Positions 1 through 9,636 of a DNA stretch of 64,000 nucleotides are shown here, in pieces (positions within the stretch are counted from its first letter, which is position 1; every line of letters begins with the position of its first letter). Position numbers and translations under genes: made by a program. The DNA lies in IMG/VR virus record IMGVR_UViG_3300035180_002250, positions 67,685 through 131,684 of that record, one strand, 5' to 3'. The DNA comes from a virus. The notes under the pieces were generated by a model. It did not search any database and was not told the origin of the DNA. It saw only the letters and a list, made by a program, of their open reading frames with translations.

Positions 1-71
1 CGAGATTGATTCCGTTGAAACAACGTATATTTAATTTAATTTTTTGATCAATTCAGTATTCAAATTAAGGA

Positions 72-293
72 GTGGTAAAAGAAATGGTACAGCGTAGTAA
101 AGAGTCTGGGGCATATTACCTGGTTAAAGTGATTACCGCGGGAGATAAGAATTACGTTGACTTGTTAGGACCATACAACAGTGATAAAACTGTTGAAAAT
201 GTTAAAGCCGATTTAAAAAAAGAATACCCAGATGAAAATGATATTTATTTGACGATGTTCATACGAAGCCCTGAGGACGTTCTCGTGTTTTAG
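72..293 (+). CDS. Small hypothetical phage protein
   Basis: 73-aa ORF with AAGGAG RBS upstream, followed by a terminator-like hairpin; no recognisable motif. Confidence 0.5.
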   Translation: MVKEMVQRSKESGAYYLVKVITAGDKNYVDLLGPYNSDKTVENVKADLKKEYPDENDIYLTMFIRSPEDVLVF

Positions 294-336
294 AAATACA
301 CAATCACAAAAATTACAATGTATTGAAAATTTGTTT

Positions 337-390
337 AAACTTGCTTGGTTTATGAATACAAGAATAAACCAGGCAAGTTTTTTTTATTTT
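337..390 (+). terminator. Rho-independent terminator-like hairpin
   Basis: AAACTTGCTTGGTTTAT (337-353) pairs with ATAAACCAGGCAAGTTT (364-380), followed by a T-run. Confidence 0.65.
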
Positions 391-412
391 GTTTTTTATG
401 AAAGGTGCCACC

Positions 413-2326
413 ATGGAAGGAGATACTAACAAAACACCACCTGCAGTTTTACAGTATAACAAAACGGCTGATATGTTTTTTCTGGAAACAGACCTTCGTG
501 ATCTTACACCATCACGTATGTTCAACAGCAGCATTATTAAGAAAGATTTTGGAGCTAACAAACTGGTTTGGGGATTTCCTGGGTGGTTCCCTGATGGGAA
601 GATCGTGTTGACAGATTTTAAGTCGGTCTATCCTGAAGGAAAAGTTACCAAGAATGTTTTAGATAAATCAAAGGTACTTTTAGATTCAGAGGCTGACTTG
701 TTTGAAACTGTTTACAGTACATATAAATTTAAACAATCTCCCTATGCACATCAAATAACAGCATTAAATGTAATGCTGAGAAGCAGATATACAGCTTTAT
801 TACTAAAGATGGGTATGGGTAAAACATATATCAGCGCTACGTATATGGATATTAGGAGTAAGTTTCACAACGCGCATAAATCAATTGTGTTAGCCCCAAA
901 AATAATGTTGTCAAATTGGAAAAATGAAATTCTTAAAAATACCGATTTAACTTGTCTTATTTACACTGGTACACCTACTCAAAAAAGAAAATTAAAAGAT
1001 CAGGTAGATGAATATAATGTAGTTATTACGAATTATGAAGCTCTATCAACAAACAGTGAAGATCTTCAATTTTTTAAGAATAAAAAATGGGACCATATAT
1101 TTGTTGATGAAGCCTCCAAGATCAAAACGGATAAACGTAAACGCAGTGAATCCGTGTTAGCATTATCGACAGATATCCAATATCGTTTTATTCTTTCAGG
1201 GACATTGAGTCTTGGTAATCCTCTGGATATTTTTACACCGTTTTTATTCCTGAGTTCTGCAATACTTGGTAGTAATTTTTACAGATTCAAAAACAAAGTA
1301 TGCAAGTTTTCTCCGTACAATCGTCACATTATCATCGGATATAAAAATCTGGACACTATTAAAAACAGAATTGACCCGTTTTCAGTAATAATGAATACGG
1401 AAGATTACCTATCTCTTCCTGAAAGAACTTTCGGAATACATAGTTATACATTATCAAACGAACAAAAAGACCTGTGCGCAGAGATTATTACAGAAGACAG
1501 TGTCACCCTGCAAGTGGAAGATAATAACTACACAATACCAACCAATACAGCACTGATAAAAATCAACAAACTGCTACAGGTGTTATCCGGATTCTTTATT
1601 ATAAATGATAAAGATCAGTGTGACCTGACTGAAGCTTGCGATGGTTGCCCTGGTGGACTGCAGCAAATCAACAAATGTAGGTCTCTGAAAGTATATCCGT
1701 GGTCGGTAGAATGCCGACTTCCGGAAGAATCCAAGATAGCACGGCCTGAACGGATTTACTATAATTTAAAAAATAATCCAAAACTTGAATTACTTAGAGA
1801 AGACATTTTATCACTATCTTCTCCTGCGTGTGTTTGGTGTATGTACAAGGAAGATCTGAGGCAGATTAAAACCTTATTAACCGATATTGGAGTAAGTTTT
1901 GTAACGTCCGACACCCCGGAGGCTGATCAACTATTCCAGAAAGGAGATATACAAATATTTCTTGGGCAAATATCGACCGGGATCGGTATTACTCTGACTA
2001 AAGCAACCACCACAATATATTATTCTCATAGTTTGAAGTTAGAAGATCGGTTACAGTCAATGGAGCGTAACTATAGAATCGGACAAAAGGATAAAGTAGT
2101 TGTTTTAGATTATGTCGGAGAGAGCACGATTGAGGAAGCAATCATTGAACTTCTGAGTAAGAAACAGGATGTACGTGATTTCATCCATCAAAACTTGCGT
2201 GATCTATGCAACAAGTGTGAAAAACATTTATGGTGTATGGATCGAGATATACAACCTTACACGAAGAAATGTATCCATAGAAATTTCTTGGAGGGTATTT
2301 GCGCAGTAAAACATATCAAGATTTGA
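413..2326 (+). CDS. SNF2/SWI2-family (SF2) helicase
   Basis: Motifs PYAHQ, MGMGKT (Walker A), FVDEAS (Walker B), LSGT, QSMERNYRIGQ (motif VI). Start placed at ATG 413 after GAAAGG. Confidence 0.9.
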   Translation: MEGDTNKTPPAVLQYNKTADMFFLETDLRDLTPSRMFNSSIIKKDFGANKLVWGFPGWFPDGKIVLTDFKSVYPEGKVTKNVLDKSKVLLDSEADLFETVYSTYKFKQSPYAHQITALNVMLRSRYTALLLKMGMGKTYISATYMDIRSKFHNAHKSIVLAPKIMLSNWKNEILKNTDLTCLIYTGTPTQKRKLKDQVDEYNVVITNYEALSTNSEDLQFFKNKKWDHIFVDEASKIKTDKRKRSESVLALSTDIQYRFILSGTLSLGNPLDIFTPFLFLSSAILGSNFYRFKNKVCKFSPYNRHIIIGYKNLDTIKNRIDPFSVIMNTEDYLSLPERTFGIHSYTLSNEQKDLCAEIITEDSVTLQVEDNNYTIPTNTALIKINKLLQVLSGFFIINDKDQCDLTEACDGCPGGLQQINKCRSLKVYPWSVECRLPEESKIARPERIYYNLKNNPKLELLREDILSLSSPACVWCMYKEDLRQIKTLLTDIGVSFVTSDTPEADQLFQKGDIQIFLGQISTGIGITLTKATTTIYYSHSLKLEDRLQSMERNYRIGQKDKVVVLDYVGESTIEEAIIELLSKKQDVRDFIHQNLRDLCNKCEKHLWCMDRDIQPYTKKCIHRNFLEGICAVKHIKI

Positions 2327-2360
2327 CAACTATTTAAAAACATGCGAAAGGGAATAAACC

Positions 2361-3236
2361 ATGAAAAGTGAAAATACGTTAAACGAAACGTCAACATCCA
2401 CCACGTCTACATCCACATCAACATACTTGGGTAAGTTTAAACTCTTATTCAAAACCATTACTGAAAGTGCTACGGCATTATCAGAAACGAATAGAAAGTT
2501 CTTTTATTACTATAATATTATTATGTTTTGTGCAATTGTTATCCTTGGCAGTATAGCAATAGCAAAGTATTTAGACTATAATACAGTCCCCAAAATAATA
2601 ACAGGAGACTTAAGAACTTCAAACATGGTAAATAAATCTACGTCTATTGATCCCACGGGAAATGTAGATAATATGATTTCAACTGCTAAATCAACATCTA
2701 CGTCTACATCATCTACACCAATATTTACTGATGTACCTAAAAAAGATAACTTATTTTACTATGATAAGGGTACATTGATCAGTTTTATGGAAGTACAGAA
2801 CTATAAGTTATTTTCAGAATTGTCCTCAATAATTATTGATGGAATTTATATGGCTGCTAAGGATTATAATATTCCACCTATTATTTTATTCTCCCTGGCT
2901 GCTGTTGAAAGCAATTTCGATTACTCCGCAGTGTCAAAAACAGGCTCTATAGGTCTGTTTCAAATATCAAAAGTCTGGATGGACCCAACATGGGAAAACT
3001 CCTTGGTGTCAAAAAATATTGTAAAGCACAAACGGGAGTTATACTCACCTATTAAAAATATTAGGTGTGGAGCTTATATTATCAAGCACTACATGGATAT
3101 AGCGAAATCCAAGAAAATTGAAAATACTTATCAATATGCATTGACCAAATATTTAGGGGGTGAAACAAACTCCCACTACCAAAAAGTAATCAGCTTGATT
3201 GGTGAATATTATATTTATTCAATCTTGAAAGGATGA
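2361..3236 (+). CDS. Membrane-anchored lytic transglycosylase (SLT domain)
   Basis: N-terminal hydrophobic helix (IIMFCAIVILGSIAIA); AAVESNF catalytic Glu; GLFQI motif; NIRCGAYII. Confidence 0.85.
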   Translation: MKSENTLNETSTSTTSTSTSTYLGKFKLLFKTITESATALSETNRKFFYYYNIIMFCAIVILGSIAIAKYLDYNTVPKIITGDLRTSNMVNKSTSIDPTGNVDNMISTAKSTSTSTSSTPIFTDVPKKDNLFYYDKGTLISFMEVQNYKLFSELSSIIIDGIYMAAKDYNIPPIILFSLAAVESNFDYSAVSKTGSIGLFQISKVWMDPTWENSLVSKNIVKHKRELYSPIKNIRCGAYIIKHYMDIAKSKKIENTYQYALTKYLGGETNSHYQKVISLIGEYYIYSILKG

Positions 3237-3248
3237 AGGATAATACGG

Positions 3249-4223
3249 ATGAATACTCTTATAGAAGAATACAAACTTCCGTCGAAACATATTAGTGCTT
3301 CACAGATCACACTATATTATTCGTGCGGGCTGAAGTACTATAAGCGATATGTTGAAGGCGTTATTAAACACTCATCTTCGTATAGAGACATGATGAAAGG
3401 AACTGCAGTGCATAAAACACTGCAGCAACTGTATGATGATAAAATATTACGGATGTCAGATGACTTTAAAGAATTAAGAAACGAATCTGTAGATTGTTTG
3501 ACACCTACACAAGTAGGAGAACTGGCAATTGAAAAGTATTCGGAATTACATGAACAAGAAGAAAATAGCCCCATATCGGATACAGATAAACATGATTTTG
3601 TTACTGGTGTAAAACCTGTAGTTGAAACATATGCAAAATATGTTTATCCCTACGTTACACCGGTATCAACAGAGTTTGAAGTTACATTTAATTATGTAGT
3701 AAACCAGGAAACCGGATTGTCTGTGCCAATATTGATGATTATCGACTTGTTTCGTAAAAGAAGTGTAAATCCTGGTGACAATGTAATATGTGATTATAAA
3801 GTAACTACAAGGAAATGGGATGTAAATAAACTTAAAAATAATGTGCAATTCATGCTGTACAGCAACATGTTGAGTATACCAAGTGTAGAAATACACGACT
3901 TGGTTAAACATACACCATCCTCAAATACGACGACTTCTACTATAACAAGAAAAAGAACTAAAAAGGAAATAGAAGGTTGTACAGATTATAGCTTAGCTAC
4001 TAAGTTCGATGAAACCTCGGATACACTGAGTTTCAATGATGTCACCATCATCAGAAACGAATTTGAAACTGGTAATGAAGCTCCAGCAACTAAGTATCTT
4101 GATAGAATTATTAAAGGATTCGTTTTGGGAGTTTCTAAAGGAGTATTTTTACCAGCACAACCGGATTCCTGGGTGTGCTCTGAAAAATGGTGTGAATACT
4201 ATACAGAGTGTAGGAAAAATTAG
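3249..4223 (+). CDS. Cas4/RecB-like PD-(D/E)XK nuclease
   Basis: ISASQI..YSCGLKYY, GTAVH, IDL..DYK; C-terminal C-x4-C-x5-C cluster completing a 4-Cys Fe-S set. Confidence 0.8.
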   Translation: MNTLIEEYKLPSKHISASQITLYYSCGLKYYKRYVEGVIKHSSSYRDMMKGTAVHKTLQQLYDDKILRMSDDFKELRNESVDCLTPTQVGELAIEKYSELHEQEENSPISDTDKHDFVTGVKPVVETYAKYVYPYVTPVSTEFEVTFNYVVNQETGLSVPILMIIDLFRKRSVNPGDNVICDYKVTTRKWDVNKLKNNVQFMLYSNMLSIPSVEIHDLVKHTPSSNTTTSTITRKRTKKEIEGCTDYSLATKFDETSDTLSFNDVTIIRNEFETGNEAPATKYLDRIIKGFVLGVSKGVFLPAQPDSWVCSEKWCEYYTECRKN

Positions 4224-4258
4224 GTTAGATTTTGAATGTTGCATACAATTCGCCATGT

Positions 4259-4287
4259 GCCCTGTATACTTAGGTAGTATACAGGGC
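4259..4287. terminator. Hairpin between convergent genes
   Basis: GCCCTGTATACT-taggt-AGTATACAGGGC, perfect 12-bp stem. Confidence 0.55.
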
Positions 4288-4314
4288 TTGAACAAGCTTT
4301 TGTACTAAGGTATC

Positions 4315-5538
4315 CTATTCAAACAAATCTAAAACCTTCCTTTTTTTAAAATAATTATATAATTTACGGTTAGCTTTCTTTTCAATGGTGAAAACCCAGA
4401 CCTTGGTAGCCTTGTGACCATTTGATTTAAGTATGTCAGCAATCTGCAGCAGCGTTTTCGGAGTTGAATCGTGCAATCCATACCGCAAATTGATTATCAG
4501 TTTTTCCTTTTCAGTAAGGACCGTTGGATTGTTCAAAGCTTCACGTAACATTCGAAGTTTCTCTTTACAGATATAATCGTCATCAACACATTTGGGAGTC
4601 AATGCATCCGGAATATTTTGTAAAACGATATTATTGGATAGGTTGATATTTGTTGTATAATCGTCATCGATGTCATACGAAGAAGTATCGTCAGACTCAT
4701 TGTTACTGCTGTTAGGTGTTCTACGCTGTGCGTAGTAGTATTTGGTACTTTGGGACACTGGTTTTCTTCCACGTTTTTTATGTGCCCTACTGGGTACTGA
4801 TAACTCTGCTTTTGTTTTGATTGTATTATGTTTAATATCATCTACACTGATAGCATCTTCATCTTCTACAGTGGATGTTAAAGAATCAGTATAAATAACA
4901 GAAGACTCCGGGTCCACAAAGTATTCATTTGATTCTAGGCTGTCATCTTCGGTCATTGAATTCTCAAGATCAGCTTTCACATCCTCCCGAAGATGATTCA
5001 ACCGGAGATAAACCATCTTCTTATAGTTGGTTGTGGTGGGAACTCTTATCAGTGATTCAGACCTAAGCGTAGTAGATACAGCCTCCTTGATATACCCCGT
5101 AATATACGAAGTAAACTTCGTTTCTCGTGAAAGATCGAATTTATCAATAGCTTTGGAAATTGTGATTACAAGATTTTGCAAAGCATCCTCAAAAATATCT
5201 CCTTTTTTAAATTTATAAGAAGTTAACACATACGGGAATAAGTACCATAAATTAATAATAATACACTGTCGATAAAAGATTCTATCATCTTCCGACAGAG
5301 TTGTATTGGTATGATATTCTTTCAGCCATTCATGTATCTTGGCTGTCCGCTCCTTGGAATTCTGGAAAAATGGCAAATTGGAGCAAGTAAGATGTCGTGA
5401 AATGAGTTTAACAGAATCTAACACGGTATAGGATGGAGGCAAATGACTTGAATAACTTTTGGGATCACATGAGGATCGTGCAGCATCTGAATTTGAAGAA
5501 AGTGTTGAGGGTGAATCAGAAGTACACAGTTGTACCAT
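4315..5538 (-). CDS. Sigma70-family RNA polymerase sigma factor (phage-encoded)
   Basis: Region 2 EDALQ..KAIDKFD..KFTSY..IRVP; region 4 LTEKEKLIINLRYGL..TLLQIA..IEKKANRKL. Start moved to ATG 5538 (GAAAGG RBS); the longer ORF start lies inside the IS end. Confidence 0.85.
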   Translation of the reverse strand: MVQLCTSDSPSTLSSNSDAARSSCDPKSYSSHLPPSYTVLDSVKLISRHLTCSNLPFFQNSKERTAKIHEWLKEYHTNTTLSEDDRIFYRQCIIINLWYLFPYVLTSYKFKKGDIFEDALQNLVITISKAIDKFDLSRETKFTSYITGYIKEAVSTTLRSESLIRVPTTTNYKKMVYLRLNHLREDVKADLENSMTEDDSLESNEYFVDPESSVIYTDSLTSTVEDEDAISVDDIKHNTIKTKAELSVPSRAHKKRGRKPVSQSTKYYYAQRRTPNSSNNESDDTSSYDIDDDYTTNINLSNNIVLQNIPDALTPKCVDDDYICKEKLRMLREALNNPTVLTEKEKLIINLRYGLHDSTPKTLLQIADILKSNGHKATKVWVFTIEKKANRKLYNYFKKRKVLDLFE

Positions 5539-5561
5539 AGGGGCACCTTTCTGAATTAAAG

Positions 5562-5720
5562 TATTGATTAATTTCGATAGGTTGACACTCCCGACGGCTA
5601 AAGCCAGGGGATTCTCAGGCAACACCGGCTATTGTCTGTGTTAGCGCCTGAACCCTCTGCCCGAGGGCTTTAATATTTATAGCAGCATTGAGGTCTCTAT
5701 CGAGGGTTACACAACAAGTA
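5562..5720 (-). ncRNA. TnpB omegaRNA (reRNA) scaffold plus flanking guide; boundaries approximate
   Basis: Block overlapping the tnpB 3' end is conserved in the other copies; the guide is expected to be the flank beyond TCAA. Confidence 0.65.
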
Positions 5721-6739
5721 GGACAATAGTGAACCCTAACAGATAACGTTTTAGGAACTAATGTACCACACTGTGAGCAATTCTGACTAGTATTGCGTGG
5801 GTTAACCTTGATGATCTGACGACCAGCTTCCTCCGCTTTGTACGTCAGACAATCAAAGAAAGTTCTCCATGCCACATCAGAAATACTCTTGGCAAGGTGT
5901 CTGTTTTTCACCATGTTGCGAATGTTCAAGTCTTCAACATAGATTTCATTATACTTCGCAATATAATAATTGGCTGTTTTATGTGCAAAATCATACCGTT
6001 GATTGACTATCTTCTCGTGTGCTTTTGCTAACAGAATACGAGCTTCTTTCCGATTCTGAGAGCCTTTCTTTTTGCGCGCCAGACTGCGGCTCCTGCGTCG
6101 GATAAGCCTAGCACCTTGTCTAAGAAACCTTGGATTTTCAACGGTATGATCATCTGAGTCTTTGCAAAAATATTTCAGTCCAACGTCGATTCCTACTGCA
6201 TCAGTAACTTCGGGAAACGCACGTGCAGGAACATGATCGCAGGAAAAGCATACGAACCATTTACCAGTAGACATCCTGCGAACAGTCACAGTCTTAATAG
6301 AACCATCTATAGGTCTGGATAGAAACAACTTGAATCTTCCAACCCCTTTCACATAGAGATATCTGCCTTCAATACGCCATCCTGCCTGAGTCAGAGTGAA
6401 GGAATCATATCTAGTAAAAGACTTAAACCGTGGGAATCCAGCTTTGGCATTTCCAGCTTTGACACGTCTAAAGAACCCACGAAATGCCTTATCAAGGCGA
6501 TTTATCACATCCTGAAGTACTTGTGCTCCCACAGTTCTATATTCAGGAAAGGCATCTTTTAGAGCTGGCAGCTCTTTCATTTGCTGCCAAGCAGAAAGAG
6601 ACACTCGGCACCTGCTGTAGGCATCTATCCTTTGCTCAAGAGCAGCATTGTACAGCCTGCAGCATAAAGACAGCCACTGGTTACAGGCTGCCTCAGTTGA
6701 TTTCGTGATCTTAGCTTTGTATTTGTAAGTTCTTCGCAT
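5615..6739 (-). CDS. tnpB: TnpB RNA-guided endonuclease
   Basis: RuvC residues GIDVG, VEDL, DRDLNAA intact; zinc ribbon CSQC..CPTC. Confidence 0.95.
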   Translation of the reverse strand: MRRTYKYKAKITKSTEAACNQWLSLCCRLYNAALEQRIDAYSRCRVSLSAWQQMKELPALKDAFPEYRTVGAQVLQDVINRLDKAFRGFFRRVKAGNAKAGFPRFKSFTRYDSFTLTQAGWRIEGRYLYVKGVGRFKLFLSRPIDGSIKTVTVRRMSTGKWFVCFSCDHVPARAFPEVTDAVGIDVGLKYFCKDSDDHTVENPRFLRQGARLIRRRSRSLARKKKGSQNRKEARILLAKAHEKIVNQRYDFAHKTANYYIAKYNEIYVEDLNIRNMVKNRHLAKSISDVAWRTFFDCLTYKAEEAGRQIIKVNPRNTSQNCSQCGTLVPKTLSVRVHYCPTCCVTLDRDLNAAINIKALGQRVQALTQTIAGVA

Positions 6740-6850
6740 TTATGCGTTCTTGCGTTCTTTTGGGTCTTTCAGTCTGAATTTGGTGTCACCTACAAACACT
6801 AAACATTGATATTTGGTACACCATATTATAGGATATTTATATTCATGACT
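6740..6850 (-). pseudogene. tnpA: Y1 (IS200) transposase tnpA remnant
   Basis: HEYKYPIIWCTKYQ resembles the TnpA N-terminus (HxxWxTKYR); truncated. Confidence 0.7.
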
Positions 6851-6997
6851 AATATTATTATTGTATTTATACTCTATTTTGGATTTATGGTCCAGTAAAT
6901 TAAGTTTTTTGTATTTCATATAATATTTGATACTAAATGTCAACTTTTTTTCACAGAGTGAAAGAAAGTTTCATGTATCTAATTTAATTGATTTTTT

Positions 6998-7006
6998 TGT
7001 TATAAG
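6998..7006 (+). promoter_or_regulatory. TGTTATAAG extended -10-like promoter motif
   Basis: Same 9-mer heads four plus-strand transcription units (6998, 17273, 22111, 53318). Confidence 0.55.
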
Positions 7007-7168
7007 AAGAAGATCACCTTTTATATACTGGAACTTAGAACCATAAAAATTTAAACACAGCTATAGTTAACTTTTTTTGTAGATAGCGCAGTATTTGAAT
7101 ACTAAAAAGATAAAAGGTGATAGATAGAGAAGGGCTACATCATAACCAATAAAAAAGGAGAGAACACA

Positions 7169-8113
7169 GTGGTTAAAAACACAGTAAATGCGGAGCAGGC
7201 ACAAATGCAGGAAACACACCAGACAGAGTCTGCCATCACTACCAGGCCGACATTTGCCCCGGAACCAATTATTAAAGGGGTGGTAAACCAGAAAGTATCA
7301 GTTACAAGACTGGAGGACTTTGGGATCGTCACTTATGGCGATCAAGAAATTAGGTACACCCCTGATATTTACCCGTTAAAAATAGTAGAAATGAATACGA
7401 AAAAAATAATAGATACTAAAAAGCACCTTGGGGAGTTTTTTGTAGCTAACTTTGGGATGGATGAGACAGAATGGTTTAGTAAAGAGCTTTACGTAGTACC
7501 AGCATGTATCCTTAACACCAATAGATATATGCGGTTGGCAGCATATAACCCTAATAGTGATGATAACAAAGCAGATTGCTTCTCATTGGATGGTGAATAC
7601 CCTGATCCAAGATCAATCAACCAATTTGCTACCAATTGTGCGGAGTGTGATTACGGAGATAAAGTATGGAAAAACTACAAAAAAACAGGTGAAAAACCAA
7701 AGTGTGTGAAGGGTGTTAATGTGTTATTTTTTGACTTGGACAGGAAGATTTTTATCAAATTTTATTTCAAGAGCACCTCATTAGGGGTGTGGAACAACAT
7801 TTATAATAAAATTAAAAATTTGGTAAAAACGGCATTTATAAAAAGAGCTGAAGTCAGTAACTTTGCTCTAAAGATGACAACAACAGATGAGGGGATTTAT
7901 CACAAAATAGAGATGGAGATTGTTAACAATGAAGAGGCAGGAAAATATAAGCCGTTTATTCAATGGTTTGTAATGAATGAACTGCCTATTATTATGACAA
8001 AAACAAAGCTGGATGAAGACTTGAAGGCAGATAATGTACCTCAGGTAACGGCATCTAGTGATTCAGACGGATGGGTTGATGATAAAGCAGGAGCGGCGGA
8101 CCTTCCATTCTGA
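7169..8113 (+). CDS. Putative ssDNA-binding/recombination protein
   Basis: Acidic tail ending DDKAGAADLPF like SSB tails; Cys motifs; replication context; AGGAG RBS. Confidence 0.45.
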   Translation: MVKNTVNAEQAQMQETHQTESAITTRPTFAPEPIIKGVVNQKVSVTRLEDFGIVTYGDQEIRYTPDIYPLKIVEMNTKKIIDTKKHLGEFFVANFGMDETEWFSKELYVVPACILNTNRYMRLAAYNPNSDDNKADCFSLDGEYPDPRSINQFATNCAECDYGDKVWKNYKKTGEKPKCVKGVNVLFFDLDRKIFIKFYFKSTSLGVWNNIYNKIKNLVKTAFIKRAEVSNFALKMTTTDEGIYHKIEMEIVNNEEAGKYKPFIQWFVMNELPIIMTKTKLDEDLKADNVPQVTASSDSDGWVDDKAGAADLPF

Positions 8114-8225
8114 TGAATCATAGTAGTAGTAAAGTAGTAACAGTAATAGTAGTAAAATCGTGGATAGTTCGAAATAGTTCGAACAAATACTAACAACTGT
8201 AGAAAGGTGGAAAGGAATTAGAACA

Positions 8226-8510
8226 ATGGCAAACAAAATCGAATTTATCAATGCGCTTAAAACAAGAATTGAGGAACTTGGTCTTGGTATAGAACTGAAG
8301 AAAACGGAGTTGGCTAAAATCGTAGAGACTACGATGAAAACCATCGAGGAATTGACCTTGGCTGAAGGGGATGTTTCAATGTACCCCTACAAATTCAAGA
8401 AAAAAGTGCGTGGGGAAAGGAAAGGTATTAATCCGAAAACAGGTGAATCCATTACGATCCCTGAGAAAATTGGGATCAAGTTCGTAAAGTTCCTTCCAAA
8501 AGAAGCATAA
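8226..8510 (+). CDS. HU/IHF-family histone-like DNA-binding protein
   Basis: NKIEFINAL.. N-terminus and RKGINPKTGESITIPEK arm motif. Confidence 0.9.
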   Translation: MANKIEFINALKTRIEELGLGIELKKTELAKIVETTMKTIEELTLAEGDVSMYPYKFKKKVRGERKGINPKTGESITIPEKIGIKFVKFLPKEA

Positions 8511-8538
8511 ACAACTATAACTGTGTAACACTATGTAC

Positions 8539-8576
8539 AACAGCGTACCTTGGTTCACAGACCTTGGTACGCTGTT
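8539..8576 (+). other. Hairpin upstream of the tRNA (terminator or processing signal)
   Basis: AACAGCGTACC / GGTACGCTGTT 11-bp inverted repeat. Confidence 0.5.
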
Positions 8577-8585
8577 TCACACCAT

Positions 8586-8662
8586 GGTCGTGTAGCTTAA
8601 TTGGTAAAAGCAATCGCCTTATAAGCGATAGAGCGTTGGTTCAACCCCAACCACGACCACCA
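8586..8662 (+). tRNA. tRNA-Ile (anticodon UAU)
   Basis: Cloverleaf: GGTCGTG/CACGACC acceptor, GCTT/AAGC D-stem, ATCGC-CTTATAA-GCGAT anticodon arm, GTTGG-TTCAACC-CCAAC T-arm, encoded ACCA. Confidence 0.92.
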
Positions 8663-8724
8663 CCGAGTCTGAAGTCCCCATCCCTCCCTTTTCCATTTTT
8701 TTATTCCATAGAAAGGCTGCTCCC

Positions 8725-9600
8725 ATGTCTACCCACTGTTTTTACCACAAAGCTGACTTTGACGGTTTATGCTCAGGGGCAATAGTAAAATACTATATTC
8801 CAGAAACTATATTACACCCGTTCGATTATGGGGAAAACTTTCCTATAGATAGTATAAAGGAGAGTGACACAGTATACCTCGTTGATATTAGTGTCTCGGA
8901 GGGTATCATGGAGTATCTGAATAAAACTGTAAAAGAGTTTTATTACATTGATCACCACATTTCAAAAATGAAATCTTTAAAAAATATGCAGATAAAAGGG
9001 TTACAGGAAGATGGCGTAGCAGCATGTAAATTAGCTTGGAAATGGTTTACAGCCTCATATATAAATATTCCAGTAGCTGTGGAACTTATAAATAATTATG
9101 ATATCTGGAATCTTTCTGATGAAGTTTTGGAGTTCCAATATGGACTCAGAGTTCATAAAGATCAATTATCCAATCCTGGAAATAAAATGTGGGAAGAATT
9201 ATTCTGCATGAATAAAGATGACGAACTCTACCATAATATCATTAACTCTGGAAAAATCATAAAAACATATGAAAGTGTCAGTGATAAAGGTTTAGTTACC
9301 TCAGCAGCATTTAATACCGAAATAAATTTAAATGGTAATGGAAAATTTAAAGTACTGGCACTTAATGCGTTGTACAAAGGATCAAAAGTTTTCCAGAATC
9401 ACCCGTATCATGGGACAGTGGATATTTATATGGTGTTCGGGTTCGATGGTATGAAATGGAAAGTAAGTATGTACAGCGATGATAATGGACCAGATGTGTC
9501 ACAAATTTGTGCCTCTTTTGGTGGAGGTGGCCATGCACACGCCGCAGGATTTACGTGCCCTACCCTTCCAGAACTAATTCGTCAAGTGTTACCCCTGTAA
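8725..9600 (+). CDS. DHH-family phosphoesterase
   Basis: HKADFDG, LVD, IDHH and GGGGHAHAAG (DHHA1) motifs. Confidence 0.9.
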   Translation: MSTHCFYHKADFDGLCSGAIVKYYIPETILHPFDYGENFPIDSIKESDTVYLVDISVSEGIMEYLNKTVKEFYYIDHHISKMKSLKNMQIKGLQEDGVAACKLAWKWFTASYINIPVAVELINNYDIWNLSDEVLEFQYGLRVHKDQLSNPGNKMWEELFCMNKDDELYHNIINSGKIIKTYESVSDKGLVTSAAFNTEINLNGNGKFKVLALNALYKGSKVFQNHPYHGTVDIYMVFGFDGMKWKVSMYSDDNGPDVSQICASFGGGGHAHAAGFTCPTLPELIRQVLPL

Positions 9601-9636
9601 ACAACAGTAAAAACATAGTACAATTGGAGGTACCTC

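Larger units (their letters stand above)
5582..6888 (-). mobile_element. IS200/IS605-family element, copy 1 (tnpB plus tnpA remnant; left end not seen)
   Basis: Right end TCAA at 5582-5585 (minus) with subterminal hairpin; homology to copy 2 ends near 6888. Confidence 0.85.

Noticed and set aside
5539-5625. N-terminal extension of the sigma ORF (likewise 63444-63485 of the 762-aa ORF)
   Set aside because: These extensions run into IS right-end sequence; downstream ATGs have proper RBSs
6915-6943. Sigma70 promoter on the minus strand (TTGACA at 6938-6943)
   Set aside because: No good -10 hexamer at 16-18-nt spacing
8564-8785. 73-aa ORF and the many short overlapping or antisense ORFs in the track
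   Set aside because: They overlap the tRNA or lie antisense or out of frame within well-supported genes; shadow ORFs
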